Assembly: GCA_022749995.1 (NCBI GenBank)
Contig: JAKIWO010000004.1
Span: 1-54,143 of the forward strand
Length of the DNA stretch: 54,143 bases
Reading direction: 5' to 3'
Source: Thermoplasmata archaeon
GTDB lineage: Archaea; Thermoplasmatota; Thermoplasmata; Lutacidiplasmatales; UBA184
This document shows, piece by piece, positions 1 to 9,856 of this stretch. Position numbers and translations under genes: made by a program. The notes beneath the pieces were generated by a model. That model made no database searches. It worked only from the letters and a program-made list of their open reading frames with translations, and was not told the DNA's origin. Position 1 is the stretch's first letter. Each line of letters opens with the position of its first letter.

Positions 1-165
1 AACAAGGGGACGTGCACGCTGTCGTCCCAGGGCACGTGCTCCTTCACCTGGAACTCTGCTGACGACACGTGCGGCTCTTCGACTCTCTCCGCGACCTACT
101 GGGGGGCCACCTACTACTACAAGAGCAGCGGATCGACGGTGGTCGGCGTCACGGGCGGCTGCTAA
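1..165 (+). CDS. 3' end of a secreted/surface protein with an Ig-like (Big_3-like) domain; truncated by the window edge
   Basis: Frame 1 is open from base 1 to TAA 163-165: NKGTCTLSSQGTCSFTWNSADDTCGSSTLSATYWGATYYYKSSGSTVVGVTGGC. The TCTL..GTC and SATYxG patterns are typical of Ig-like repeats. Confidence 0.6.
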   Translation, partial: NKGTCTLSSQGTCSFTWNSADDTCGSSTLSATYWGATYYYKSSGSTVVGVTGGC

Positions 166-172
166 GGGCCGT

Positions 173-201
173 CGTAGGGGGGATTGCGGCACCTCCCTAC
201 G
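173..201 (+). terminator. Stem-loop immediately after the stop codon, possible terminator
   Basis: CGTAGGGGGG (173-182) pairs with CCTCCCTACG (192-201), one G-U pair, 9-nt loop; no T-tract. Confidence 0.3.
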
Positions 202-331
202 CGGGGAGGCATCCCGGGCCATACGTACGTCAACCTGGGTCAGGCGCTCCTCGAGACGGAGGTAGGACGTGCCCGTCGATGGTACAAGCGGACGTCGCGA
301 GCGGTTTCAGAATGGGTCCCTTCTCAAGCGC

Positions 332-754
332 CTAGCCGGGAGGGAGGGCAAGCTCCGAAGGATTGCCGTTCCAAATGTCGATGACGCACCTCCACTGGCC
401 GCCCGGAGTTTTTCGCCATACCGTCACCGTCTTTCCGTGCTGCGTGACCTGCGCGCCGGTCGCATCCGGGAGCGTGAATCGGCTCCTCTCCACCAGGTAG
501 CCTAGGTCTCCTTGCTCGCTGATGAAGGCGAGCTCGGGTTCCCAATCCACCGAAAACCCCGGTATCGCCAAGCTTTGGGTCACGTATTCGCGGATGGCAG
601 ATCTGCCGACCAAAGCGGGCTTATCCGGCGGCATAACTATGGCGTCCTCGGCCCAGTACGAGACGATCTTCTCGACATCTCGTGAGCCGAGCGCTTTGGC
701 CCATTCTCGGCTGGTCTGCATCAGACCGACTTGCTCGGGCGCAACGGCCGACAT
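332..754 (-). CDS. NTF2-like / DUF4440 (YybH/SnoaL_3) family protein
   Basis: MSAVAPEQ...WAEDAIVMPPDKPALVGRSAIREY...GDLGY...GKTVTVWRKTPGGQWRCVIDIWN; ATG 754 chosen, TATA-like CTTAA ~30 nt upstream. Confidence 0.85.
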   Translation of the reverse strand: MSAVAPEQVGLMQTSREWAKALGSRDVEKIVSYWAEDAIVMPPDKPALVGRSAIREYVTQSLAIPGFSVDWEPELAFISEQGDLGYLVERSRFTLPDATGAQVTQHGKTVTVWRKTPGGQWRCVIDIWNGNPSELALPPG

Positions 755-973
755 GGCAGTCCTACCGCATCTCGGCACTGGGTTAAGGCCGCGCCCGGCG
801 GGGACAGCATGTGCCTTCTCAACCTCCAGATGCTTCACTCGGCCGTGCGACCCTTTTCAGAGCGAGCGATTCTCAAAGGGAGAGCCGGAGAGGGTCTGGC
901 GTTGGGCGCGAAATCTATCACTGCCGATATCCATCGAAACGGTAAGGCGTAGATCGGGTGATCGCAGCTCCGA

Positions 974-1609
974 GTGATCCTCCAACACGACCGGACCCGG
1001 GGCCGGTCATCTGTCCTGACAATTCAGCCGGTCAGACGTCCCGCTACAGCACAGTTAGGGGCTGGCCGCAGTTGGATGCTGGGCCTCTACCTCCTGGCCT
1101 TCAGCGTTCTCGGCGGGTTGGTTGCGATCGCGTTGGGCTCGGTGGCCGAGGCCGTGGGAGTGCTCCTTCTTGTCATCGGGTTGTTCGCCGTCATGTGCAT
1201 CGCCTCACGCATGAGGGCAAATTCGAACAAACAGTCGATTCCGGCCTCCGTCGCCATCTACCCAGATCGGGTGGAAGCAACCTTCCATGACTCCGGGAGT
1301 CCAGGCTCGGTCCCTCAACGACTCAACATCCCGTTCGCGGCGGTGGAGATGATTTCGTCTGCCGGAAACAACGACGGGAGAGAGCACCTCTGGGTTCCCG
1401 CCGTCATTTCTGCCAATCCGGCTCGAGTCGGAAAATTTCAGCCAAGTTCGGTCCTCGCGACTCTACGTGCTCCGCCCGCACCGGCCGGTTGCGCTCAATC
1501 CTTCACCCTCGCGACGCACAACTTGGAACCCGTCCGGGCTGCCTACCTGAGAGCCGTGCCATCTACGGTCGTTCTTAGAGACGGAGGTCTCCGGGGCCCG
1601 GAGTATTGA
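974..1609 (+). CDS. Hypothetical membrane protein (two N-terminal TM helices plus a soluble domain)
   Basis: 211-aa ORF with two hydrophobic stretches followed by a beta-rich, PH-like segment; start uncertain. Confidence 0.55.
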   Translation: MILQHDRTRGRSSVLTIQPVRRPATAQLGAGRSWMLGLYLLAFSVLGGLVAIALGSVAEAVGVLLLVIGLFAVMCIASRMRANSNKQSIPASVAIYPDRVEATFHDSGSPGSVPQRLNIPFAAVEMISSAGNNDGREHLWVPAVISANPARVGKFQPSSVLATLRAPPAPAGCAQSFTLATHNLEPVRAAYLRAVPSTVVLRDGGLRGPEY

Positions 1610-1817
1610 CGTGCGAGGTTACCCAGCGAGTTGCTAGCGCCGCTGACGGTGCGAGACGTGCCGAATGAGCATCTCGCCAATGCTACGAACGAAAGGCTCC
1701 CTGGCTAGAACGAGAACTTGTCCTCGAGAACGATTCACCGACCTTTAGAGCACTGGAATCCTTCAATATTCGGGCTCGCTCAGGTCGGAGCGGACTTTGG
1801 CGGCTCCACGAGTAAAA

Positions 1818-2267
1818 ATGAAGCCAGAAGAGCTTTCGAATTTGATGCATACGCTGGACGATGCTTGGAATGCGGGGCCCAACAGTAAGCTCTGGGAGAC
1901 GTTCAGACAGCGGCACACCGAGGACGTCCAGGTCTACTGGCCCGGTCAACCCGAGCCTACCCGCGGACGTCACAACCACGACCTTGAGGCCGTGGAGTTC
2001 TTCAAGACATTTCCTGATAATCGCCTCGTCAACCGCCCCTACAAGATCTTCTTCGCAGCCGACCATCATACCTGCTCGGTCGCCGACTTCACCGGCACGA
2101 TGAAGGGACCGATGACGATGGGGCCGGGCAAAATCGCCCCCGCCACTGGGAAGAGTTTCCACGTGGAGTTCTGCACCATCGCCACATGGAATGACCGGGG
2201 AGAGATTACCGAGGAGAGACTCTTCTATGATCTCGTGGGCCTACTGAAGCAGATCGGGCTGGGCTGA
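1818..2267 (+). CDS. SnoaL-like ester cyclase family protein
   Basis: MKPEELS...HTEDVQVYWPGQPEPTRG...FTGTMKGPM...PATGKSFHVEFCTIATW...ITEERLFYD. Confidence 0.85.
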   Translation: MKPEELSNLMHTLDDAWNAGPNSKLWETFRQRHTEDVQVYWPGQPEPTRGRHNHDLEAVEFFKTFPDNRLVNRPYKIFFAADHHTCSVADFTGTMKGPMTMGPGKIAPATGKSFHVEFCTIATWNDRGEITEERLFYDLVGLLKQIGLG

Positions 2268-2412
2268 GGGTGGGCTCACCTACCCAAGGAATCGACTGCA
2301 CGGTCGAGGTTGCGATTCGCTCCTCCCGCGGCGAGAGCCGGTGCCGTACCTCCCCTGCGAGAACCGAGCCTCGGGGGGACTTTCAAATCGGGTGCGACAT
2401 CGTGGCCAGAGC

Positions 2413-2937
2413 ATGGTCGGACGGAGCACGGCCAAGATCCAGATTCGGGACTACCGCGAGACAGACCGCTCGTTCGTGGTCAGCCTATCCGACGAGACCC
2501 ACCACGAGTTGCGAGGGATGGATCCCGACCGATTCCCTCCTGCCGTCGTTCGAGATTCCTCCAACTGGTTCGAGAGGGGTCTCTACGAATCCTGGGCTCG
2601 ACGGTCCCTGTTCCTCCTTGCCCAAGTGGGGGACGAGCCGGCCGGCTTCATCCTCGCCGGACCCACGAACGATTCGTGGACTCCCACACCGGATGAACCG
2701 CGACCGCCGCAGAAGATCGGAGAGGTCTACGAGCTCCATGTGGCCAAGGCCCACCGTCGGAAGGGGGTCGGGTCCGCATTGCTCGACGCGTCAGAGCGGG
2801 AGTTGGCCCGCCAAGGCTTCGCGTACGTGACGCTGGTGCATCTCGCCCAGAACTCGGTCGCGGCCCAGCTGTACGCCGCGAGTGGATACCGCCCGAGGTG
2901 GGTGGTCCAAGAGAAGACGTTGAGTCCGACGCTTTGA
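2413..2937 (+). CDS. GNAT family N-acetyltransferase
   Basis: Acetyl-CoA motif VYELHVAKAHRRKGVGSALL and NSVAAQLYAASGY. Confidence 0.85.
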   Translation: MVGRSTAKIQIRDYRETDRSFVVSLSDETHHELRGMDPDRFPPAVVRDSSNWFERGLYESWARRSLFLLAQVGDEPAGFILAGPTNDSWTPTPDEPRPPQKIGEVYELHVAKAHRRKGVGSALLDASERELARQGFAYVTLVHLAQNSVAAQLYAASGYRPRWVVQEKTLSPTL

Positions 2938-2991
2938 CCGGCTGACGAGAATAGGTGCCTATTTCGCCACCGGAGCGTACTCCGGCTCTCC

Positions 2992-3282
2992 ATGACCGCG
3001 GTGGCCCCGGCGCAGAAGCTTCTGATGAAGAACCGCCGAGTCCGAGTCTGGGAGATGGTACTCCAGCCGGGGGAGACCTACCCTCGTCACCAACACCGGC
3101 ATCCCTACCTCTCGATCATGTTGGAGGACGCCACGGTACTCCTCACGGATGCCGAGGGTCGCGAGGAACGGCTCAAGGTCCGGAAGGGGGACGTAGTCTG
3201 GCGGGCTCCGCCCGAGGACCATTCCGTGCGGAACGTCGGCCGCACGAGGTTTCGGAATCGATTGGTCGAGCTCTACGGATAG
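2992..3282 (+). CDS. Cupin domain protein
   Basis: NRRVRVWEMVLQPGETYPRHQHRHPY...GDVVW...HSVRNVG...VEL cupin motifs. Confidence 0.85.
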   Translation: MTAVAPAQKLLMKNRRVRVWEMVLQPGETYPRHQHRHPYLSIMLEDATVLLTDAEGREERLKVRKGDVVWRAPPEDHSVRNVGRTRFRNRLVELYG

Positions 3283-3296
3283 CGCCGCGCGGTTGC

Positions 3297-4856
3297 CTAT
3301 TCGACGGTCGGTGGGGCCGGCGGCGCTCCGGCGATCTCTTGGCCGAGCGCAACGAAAGCGGCGGCGAGCGAGGGCCGCAGCAGCGGCAATCGGTGCCGTT
3401 CGGCCGCGCGGTAGGCTTCCCGCGCTCCCTCGACCGAGTGCATCTTGAAGCGGAGCCCGGCGAGGCGGAACTCCGCCTCGGCCCGCTGCGGCATGAGCCC
3501 GAGTTCACGGGCTCGCTCCGCGGCTTGCTGGAATCCGGCCTCGGCCTGATCCCACTGGCCCCGCCGTTCCTCGATCAGGCCCAGGGAGAGAGCGACGGCC
3601 GGTTCCCCTGCCGGGTCGGAGGCGCGCTCGAGCATGCGCGCGGCCAGGCGGGTTTCCCGTTCGGCTTCCTCGATCTCTCCGAGCTTGAGACGGAACTCGG
3701 TGCCGTACAGGTACGACCAGGCCTCCCATCGGGGCTCGCGGGCCCGCTCGGCGATGGCACGGACGCTCGCGAGGTGCTCGAGCGCCAGCCCCGGGTCGCT
3801 CGAGCCCACGAGATCGGCGAGCAGGAAGGTCGCCCGCACGAGGTCGGCGTCCGCGCCGGAGGGACCGAGCAGCCGGATCGCGCGATCGTACCAGCGCGCG
3901 GCCTCCTCCTGCATCTCCGGCCCGAGGCGAGCGAACGCCGATGCGAGCTCTAGGCCGGCCCGTCCGGCCGCTCCGGGCTCTCCGGTCTGTCGCAAGAACT
4001 CGAACGCCTTCATCGCCTCATCCAGCGCGGTGACCGCGTCCCCCTTCTCGGCAGCGACGCGGGAGCGCAACCGGTGGACCGCCGCCGCGCCTCCGATATC
4101 GCCCAAGTCCAGGAAGATACCGAGTGCCTCCTCTCCGAAGCTCTCCGCCTCCTTCGGACGGAGCTCCTCCCAGGCCATCTCGGCGCGTGCGAGCTGAAGT
4201 TGGGCGCGACCGGACCGGTCCTTCGGGGAAAGTCGCTCCACGGCCTCCAGGTAGGCACGCCCCGCAGCCGGAAAGTCACCGAGAGAATGGTACAACTGGC
4301 CCAGTTCACGGCTGATCTCGACTAGCTCAGTTCGGTGGTCCCCTCCCAGCTTGAGGAGGTCGCTGCGAGCCTGTTCGAAGTGGTGCGCGGCCTCGGGCCG
4401 CCGCCGCTCTTCCTTGGCGAGCTGCGCAGCCGCGAGGTTGTAGGTGAACGACTTCTGAGGGATCCGACCCAGGAAGAAGTGGCGCCCTAGCTCCGCCGAC
4501 GTTACCGGCGCGGCCGGGTTAGTTAGTCGTTCCATGGCGGCGGCGATCCGGCCGTGGATCACTCGCACCCGGCTCTCGGCGAGGGAGCGGTAGATCCGAC
4601 CACGGAGCGCCTCATCGGTGAAGGCAAACCGTTCCCCCCCGGGCCGTTCTCGCAGTACCCCGTCGCGCACGAGGCGCTCGAGCTGCTCGGAGAGCACCTC
4701 CGGCTCGCGCTCGAGGGCTGCCCCGAGGAGGGCGAACTCGAACTCACCGCCAATGGCACTGGCGTAGGCCAACGTCCGGAACTCCTCGGGCGCCCAGATC
4801 GCCCTTGGGTCGGAGTCCGGCCCAGCTGGGAGGGCCTCCTCCCCGCTCTCCGACAT
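3297..4856 (-). CDS. Tetratricopeptide-repeat protein with an N-terminal STAND-type winged-helix segment
   Basis: ASAIGGEFEFALL...LVRDGVL...FAFTDEALRGRIYRSL...IHGRIAAAME, followed by multiple TPR-like helices; no Walker A motif. Confidence 0.8.
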   Translation of the reverse strand: MSESGEEALPAGPDSDPRAIWAPEEFRTLAYASAIGGEFEFALLGAALEREPEVLSEQLERLVRDGVLRERPGGERFAFTDEALRGRIYRSLAESRVRVIHGRIAAAMERLTNPAAPVTSAELGRHFFLGRIPQKSFTYNLAAAQLAKEERRRPEAAHHFEQARSDLLKLGGDHRTELVEISRELGQLYHSLGDFPAAGRAYLEAVERLSPKDRSGRAQLQLARAEMAWEELRPKEAESFGEEALGIFLDLGDIGGAAAVHRLRSRVAAEKGDAVTALDEAMKAFEFLRQTGEPGAAGRAGLELASAFARLGPEMQEEAARWYDRAIRLLGPSGADADLVRATFLLADLVGSSDPGLALEHLASVRAIAERAREPRWEAWSYLYGTEFRLKLGEIEEAERETRLAARMLERASDPAGEPAVALSLGLIEERRGQWDQAEAGFQQAAERARELGLMPQRAEAEFRLAGLRFKMHSVEGAREAYRAAERHRLPLLRPSLAAAFVALGQEIAGAPPAPPTVE

Positions 4857-4993
4857 TCGTCTTGCGGGGGGAGATGCGTGGGGTCGATGGATAAACCCTC
4901 GTCCCAGAAAGTGGGTACCGGCGGGGGACCTCCGGGAGCGCCGGGCCGCACCAGGTTACCTCTTAATAGCCGACCCGGGGTGGGCGCGAGCCG

Positions 4994-5269
4994 ATGCCGC
5001 CCGGCGAGGACGAGTTTGCCATGGAGAACGCCCGCTCCGTATCGGAGTTGCCGTTCCCGCGACGCGTGGTGTTCTGGGGCTTCGGCGGGCTCGTGGTCCT
5101 TGCCGTCGGGTTCTACCTGTGGTGGGGTCTGTCGTTCGGCGTCTGGGTGGACAACGGGGTCTACGCCGTCGTGATTGTCCTGCTGCTGAGCGGTCTCGCC
5201 GGGATGTGGCTCGTCAGTCCCAACCCACCGGTTCCGCCCCTCCCACCCGAGAGCCGCCGACCGGGCTAG
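4994..5269 (+). CDS. Small two-TM membrane protein
   Basis: 91 aa, two hydrophobic helices, Pro-rich tail; TATA-like CTTAATA ~27 nt upstream. Confidence 0.7.
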   Translation: MPPGEDEFAMENARSVSELPFPRRVVFWGFGGLVVLAVGFYLWWGLSFGVWVDNGVYAVVIVLLLSGLAGMWLVSPNPPVPPLPPESRRPG

Positions 5270-5281
5270 GCGCCCGTACGG

Positions 5282-6706
5282 CTAGAGAGGCCTACCGGCA
5301 GCCGCCCAACTCGGGCCGCTGGGGGCACTACAGACCACGCAAGCCGGCGGCGCCCCAAGATCGATCGGTGGGGGTCCTTCGAGCGTCCCCAGCAACGCGC
5401 CATCGATGGCCTTCTCGATCGCGTGGCCACAGGTCTCCGACCCGCACCATCCGATCAGGCGGACCGTGCTCGACCCGGTGAGCTCCTCGACCCGCTCGGC
5501 GCGCGAGAACGCGGCGACGAACGCCGCCTGGGCCTTTTCCCGGAGGCCGGCGTCGTACTCCGCTAGGGCGCCCCGAACCGACTCCACCAGTCCGTCTCGG
5601 GGAAGGCTCACTCGTACTCCCAGCCGGTTGACGGCGCTCAACTGGCGGGCCGCGGCTTCCCGAGGGCCGACATCGAGCCGCAGCGGTACGCCCCGAGTCT
5701 CCCAGTAGTAGTACTTCGCGCCGGGGCGGTCGCTCCGCTCATCCATGTGGACCCGGAGGCCGGCTTTCTGGAGATCCGCCACGGCCTCTCGGGCGTAAGG
5801 GGTCGGGTCAGCCCCCTTGGCGGACGGGACCGGGACCACTACCACCTGGTACGGAGCGATGTCGGAGGGGAAAGCGACCCCCTTCTCGTCTCCGTGCACC
5901 GCGACGATCGCACCGAGGAGGCGCTCGGACAGGCCGAAGGTCGTCTGGTGGGCGTACTGGGCCGAGCCGTCCGGCGCCTCGTACTGGATGCCGTAGGGGC
6001 GGGAGAAATTCTCCCGATAATGGTGGATCGACCCGATCTGGAGCGTGCGGGCGCTGCCCAACGGGATGTCGAGCGCCACCGTGTAGAATGCGCCGGGGAA
6101 CTTGTCCCAGTCTGGGCGGCGGACCGCCAGGTACGGGAGCCCGAACCGCTCGGCCATCTTGGAGAAGGCGCCGAGATTGCTCTGCACCCGCTCGGTGGCG
6201 GTGGGTTCGTCGCGCTGGCAGGTGTGCTCTTCGAAGAAGTGGATCTCCCGCACCCGAATGAATGGACGCGTGGTCTTGGTCTCGTACCGGAAGGTGTTCA
6301 CGATCTGGTAGACGTTGAGCGGCAGGTCTTGATGGGACCGGATCCAGAGCTTGAAGATCGGGTACATCGCCGTCTCGCTCGTCGGCCGCAGCACGAGCGG
6401 GACGTCGAGCGGCGTGCTCCCGCCGCGGGTCACCCAGTAGACCTGCGCGTCGAACCCTTTGATGTGTTCCCGCTCCTTCTGGAACTCGGTCTCCGGGATC
6501 AGGGCGGGGAACTCGACCGGCCGAGAGCCGGTCGCCTCGATCTCCTCCTCCATCACGCGGTCGAGCCGCCGACGGGCGAGGAACCCGTACGGGGTCCAGA
6601 CGTTCATCCCCTTCACCGGGTAGCGCTTGTCGGTGAGGTCGGCCGCCTCGACCACCGCGAGGTACCAATCGATGAATGCCGAGGCCTTCTCCGGTAGCTC
6701 CGGCAT
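5282..6706 (-). CDS. proS: Proline--tRNA ligase (archaeal/eukaryotic type)
   Basis: YPVKG, LRPTSETAMY, FRYETKTTRPFIRVREIHFFEEHT, DKFPGA, TFGLSERL, anticodon domain and C-terminal Zn-binding Cys pairs. Confidence 0.97.
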   Translation of the reverse strand: MPELPEKASAFIDWYLAVVEAADLTDKRYPVKGMNVWTPYGFLARRRLDRVMEEEIEATGSRPVEFPALIPETEFQKEREHIKGFDAQVYWVTRGGSTPLDVPLVLRPTSETAMYPIFKLWIRSHQDLPLNVYQIVNTFRYETKTTRPFIRVREIHFFEEHTCQRDEPTATERVQSNLGAFSKMAERFGLPYLAVRRPDWDKFPGAFYTVALDIPLGSARTLQIGSIHHYRENFSRPYGIQYEAPDGSAQYAHQTTFGLSERLLGAIVAVHGDEKGVAFPSDIAPYQVVVVPVPSAKGADPTPYAREAVADLQKAGLRVHMDERSDRPGAKYYYWETRGVPLRLDVGPREAAARQLSAVNRLGVRVSLPRDGLVESVRGALAEYDAGLREKAQAAFVAAFSRAERVEELTGSSTVRLIGWCGSETCGHAIEKAIDGALLGTLEGPPPIDLGAPPACVVCSAPSGPSWAAAGRPL

Positions 6707-6813
6707 CGCGAACGATGGTGAGGCGTGCGGCGTATAACGCCAGCGCTACCGGAGCGCTGTCGCTGTCCGGACGACCGCACTTGTTTATGCGTCCGCTGCG
6801 CTTCTAGGGGGCA

Positions 6814-7908
6814 ATGCGCCTCGTCGTCTGCGTCGACCGGGACGATGACCTGGGCCGCAAGGCTGGCGTCCCCGGACCCGTCGTCGGCCGCGCGGCCGTA
6901 CTGGAGGCTGCGGCCAAGCTCGGCATCGCCGACCCCGGCGACTGCGACACCAACGCGATGTACGCCGCCGTGCAGCTGCTCGACGAGATCCGCCGGCACG
7001 GGGACGAATCGGAGATCGTCGTCCTCACCGGATCGCCCAAGGTCGGCATATTCTCCGACCGCCGGGTAGCCGAGCAGTTCGACCAGGTGCTCAAGGACCA
7101 CCCGGCCGGCTCGGCCCACCTCGTCAGCGATGGGGCGGAGGACGAGTACCTGTTCCCGATCCTCGCCTCGCGGGTCCGCATCGACGGCGTCCACCGGGTG
7201 TACGTCCGACAGAACGCCAGCATCGAGTCGACCTACTACACCGTGATCCGTGCCCTCAAGGACCCGAAGTTCCGGACCAAGACGATCCTGCCGCTGGCGC
7301 TCCTGTTCATTGCACTCGGTCTGGCCGCCGCGGCGGGTGTCGTCTGGTGGGGCGTGGTCACGCTGCTCGTCGCGGCGGGCGTCTACCTCGTGGCCTGGAC
7401 GTTCGACATCGACGAGATGATCATCGAGTCGCTCCGCTCGGCCTCCTCCGACATACGGCAGGGCTCGGTAGCGTTCGGCTTCGCGCTCGTTTCGCTCGCC
7501 TTGGTCTCGATCGGCTTCCTTCTCGGGTACAATCAGTACGTGGGCCACCCCGGATCCGCCCCGGTTCCCCGACTCCTGCTCTTCGTGAGCACCGGGCTGC
7601 TCTGGTGGTTCGTCGGAGGCGAGGTCTGGGAGAGCGGCCGTGCGCTGCGCCGCTACCTATCTTCCCGCAAGGTCGGTGCCGGCTACCCGATCGTCACCAT
7701 TTCCATCGTCGGGCTTGGGCTGCTCTCCTACGGGGTCGTGAGCATGATCGATTACTTCGAGAGCGCGGCCCTCGGACCGCCGCTCTGGGTATTGGTCGCG
7801 TTCTTCGCGAGCGGCTTTGCGCTCACGCTGACCGCGGCGCTGCTCGCCCAGTACATCCGCGGGCGCACCGGCACCGACGAGCCGGCGGCCGAAGTCAGTC
7901 CCAGTTAG
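6814..7908 (+). CDS. DUF373 family archaeal membrane protein
   Basis: LVVCVDRDDDLGRKAG...DPGDCDTNA...LVSDGAEDE...VRQNASIESTYY then multiple TM helices. Confidence 0.92.
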   Translation: MRLVVCVDRDDDLGRKAGVPGPVVGRAAVLEAAAKLGIADPGDCDTNAMYAAVQLLDEIRRHGDESEIVVLTGSPKVGIFSDRRVAEQFDQVLKDHPAGSAHLVSDGAEDEYLFPILASRVRIDGVHRVYVRQNASIESTYYTVIRALKDPKFRTKTILPLALLFIALGLAAAAGVVWWGVVTLLVAAGVYLVAWTFDIDEMIIESLRSASSDIRQGSVAFGFALVSLALVSIGFLLGYNQYVGHPGSAPVPRLLLFVSTGLLWWFVGGEVWESGRALRRYLSSRKVGAGYPIVTISIVGLGLLSYGVVSMIDYFESAALGPPLWVLVAFFASGFALTLTAALLAQYIRGRTGTDEPAAEVSPS

Positions 7909-8516
7909 GGCCCGCCGGAAGCGAGCGCTCGCTCGACATCGGCGAGCGGGGCGATCCAGCGACACCGCTCCGCGAGCAACTGCTGGACACCGGCCGGGGT
8001 CCGACCCTCGGGGAGCGATCGCTGCGCGAGCGTGCGCAGGTCCTCCCAGTAGTTCCAGGGAAAGACGACCCAGACCCAGTTCTCCCGCGGGATTTCCTCG
8101 CCCCGGTGCGTGGGAACGAACCGCGAATGGCCGATGTGCAGCAGCGCGGCGCTTTCCAGGTGCTGGGGGCCGCGCGCGCGCACGTGCTCCGTCGCCAGTT
8201 CAAGGCTCTCCCCGGTGTCGGTGATGTCATCGACGACCAGCACCGAAGTGCCTTCGAGGCTCACGGCGAGTGACTCGGTCAGCTCCGCCTTGCCGGTGGG
8301 GGTGGCGGTGACGCCCCAGTGCTGGGCGCGGAGCGCGTGCAGCCGCTTGATGCCGAGCCGATCGGCGAGCAGTCGGGCCGGGACCCATCCGCCCCGGGTC
8401 AGGCCCACGAGCGTGTCGGGCGCGCCCCCGCCCCGACGCACGCTCTCGGCGATCCGGTCGGCGAGTGCCTCGATCTCGCGCCAGCTCGTCAGGCGGCAGC
8501 GAGGGTACTCGACCAC
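7905..8516 (-). CDS. Type I phosphoribosyltransferase (purine PRTase-like)
   Basis: GLTRGGWVPARLLAD, PRPP motif VLVVDDITDTGESL, WVVFPW. Confidence 0.92.
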   Translation of the reverse strand: MVEYPRCRLTSWREIEALADRIAESVRRGGGAPDTLVGLTRGGWVPARLLADRLGIKRLHALRAQHWGVTATPTGKAELTESLAVSLEGTSVLVVDDITDTGESLELATEHVRARGPQHLESAALLHIGHSRFVPTHRGEEIPRENWVWVVFPWNYWEDLRTLAQRSLPEGRTPAGVQQLLAERCRWIAPLADVERALASGGP

Positions 8517-8526
8517 GGAGGGCGCA

Positions 8527-9789
8527 CTACGGGTAGATGCCCCGCATCTTGATCGCGTCGACGACCCGCTGGATGGCCACGACGTAGGCCGCCGTGCGGT
8601 TGTGCACCTTGCGCTGCATCGCTTCCGCGTGCACCTCGCCGTAGGAGCGGACCATGACGCGCTCGAGCCGGTCGTTGACTTCTTTGAGCGTCCAGAAGAA
8701 CCCCTGGATGTCCTGCGCCCACTCGAAGTAGCTCACCGTCACGCCGCCGGCGTTCGCGAGCACGTCGGGCAGGACCGTGATCTTCCGGTCGTAGAGGATC
8801 TGGTCGGCTTCGGGCGTGGTGGGGCCGTTGGCCGCCTCGGCCACGATCTTGGCGCGGATGGCGTGGGCGTTCTTGCCCGTGATCTGATTCTCGAGCGCCG
8901 CGGGGATCAGGATGTCGACGTCCATGGCGAGCAGCTCGTCGTGGGTGAGCGGCTTGGTGCCGGCAAAGCCAACGACAGAGCCGGTCTTCTTCTTGTGCGC
9001 TTCAACCGCCGCCACGGACAGGCCCGCCGGGTTGTAAATGCCCCCGCGGGTGTCGGAGACAGCCACGATCTTGGCGCCCTGCTCCTCTTGGAGGATTTTG
9101 GCGGCGACGCTGCCCGCGTTGCCAAAGCCTTGGACCGCGACGGAAGCGCCCTTGACCTTGACCTTCGAGTGGGGCGCCGCCTCGCGGATGACGTAGGCGC
9201 ACCCGCGACCGGTCGCCTCGCCGCGACCCTCGCTGCCGCCGAGGGAGATGGGCTTGCCCGTGATCACGCCGGGAACGGAGTAGCCCTTGAGCACGGAGTA
9301 GGTGTCCATGATCCAGGCCATCGTCTGAGAGTCCGTGTACACGTCCGGGGCAGGAATGTCCATCTCCGGACCGATGAGTGGGGCGATCTCGCTCGCGTAG
9401 CGGCGGGTCATCCGCTCGAGCTCCCCCTGGCTCATGTGCTTGGGGTCGCAGATGACGCCGCCCTTGGCGCCACCGTAGGGCAGGTTGACCACCGCGCACT
9501 TCCAGGTCATCCACGCCGCCAGCGCCCGGACCTCGTCGAGCGAGACGTTCGGGTGGTAGCGGATCCCCCCCTTGCAGGGGCCGCGGGCCATGTTGTACTG
9601 GACTCGGAAGCCGGAGAAGACACGGTAGCTGCCGTCGTCCATGCGGACCGGGAAGTTGACGCTCAGCTCCCGCTTCGGGTGCTTGAGCATCTCGCGGATG
9701 CCGCCGTTGATCCCGATGAGGTCGCAGACGATGTCGACCTGCTTTTTCGCCGTCTCGAACGGATTGATGGAGCTTCCCTCGCTTGGCAT
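8527..9789 (-). CDS. gdhA: Glutamate dehydrogenase (Glu/Leu/Phe/Val family)
   Basis: GPCKGGIRYHP, MTWKCAVVNLPYGGAKGG, DIPAPDVYT, QGFGNAG, EAANGPTT, NAGGVTVSYFEW; SD-like GGGGTGAGG before ATG 9789. Confidence 0.97.
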   Translation of the reverse strand: MPSEGSSINPFETAKKQVDIVCDLIGINGGIREMLKHPKRELSVNFPVRMDDGSYRVFSGFRVQYNMARGPCKGGIRYHPNVSLDEVRALAAWMTWKCAVVNLPYGGAKGGVICDPKHMSQGELERMTRRYASEIAPLIGPEMDIPAPDVYTDSQTMAWIMDTYSVLKGYSVPGVITGKPISLGGSEGRGEATGRGCAYVIREAAPHSKVKVKGASVAVQGFGNAGSVAAKILQEEQGAKIVAVSDTRGGIYNPAGLSVAAVEAHKKKTGSVVGFAGTKPLTHDELLAMDVDILIPAALENQITGKNAHAIRAKIVAEAANGPTTPEADQILYDRKITVLPDVLANAGGVTVSYFEWAQDIQGFFWTLKEVNDRLERVMVRSYGEVHAEAMQRKVHNRTAAYVVAIQRVVDAIKMRGIYP

Positions 9790-9856
9790 GTACCTCACCC
9801 CAAGGGTGGGCGGGCACGACCGGTTCCGTACTTGAAGCCTGCTCCGTCCCGGCCGC

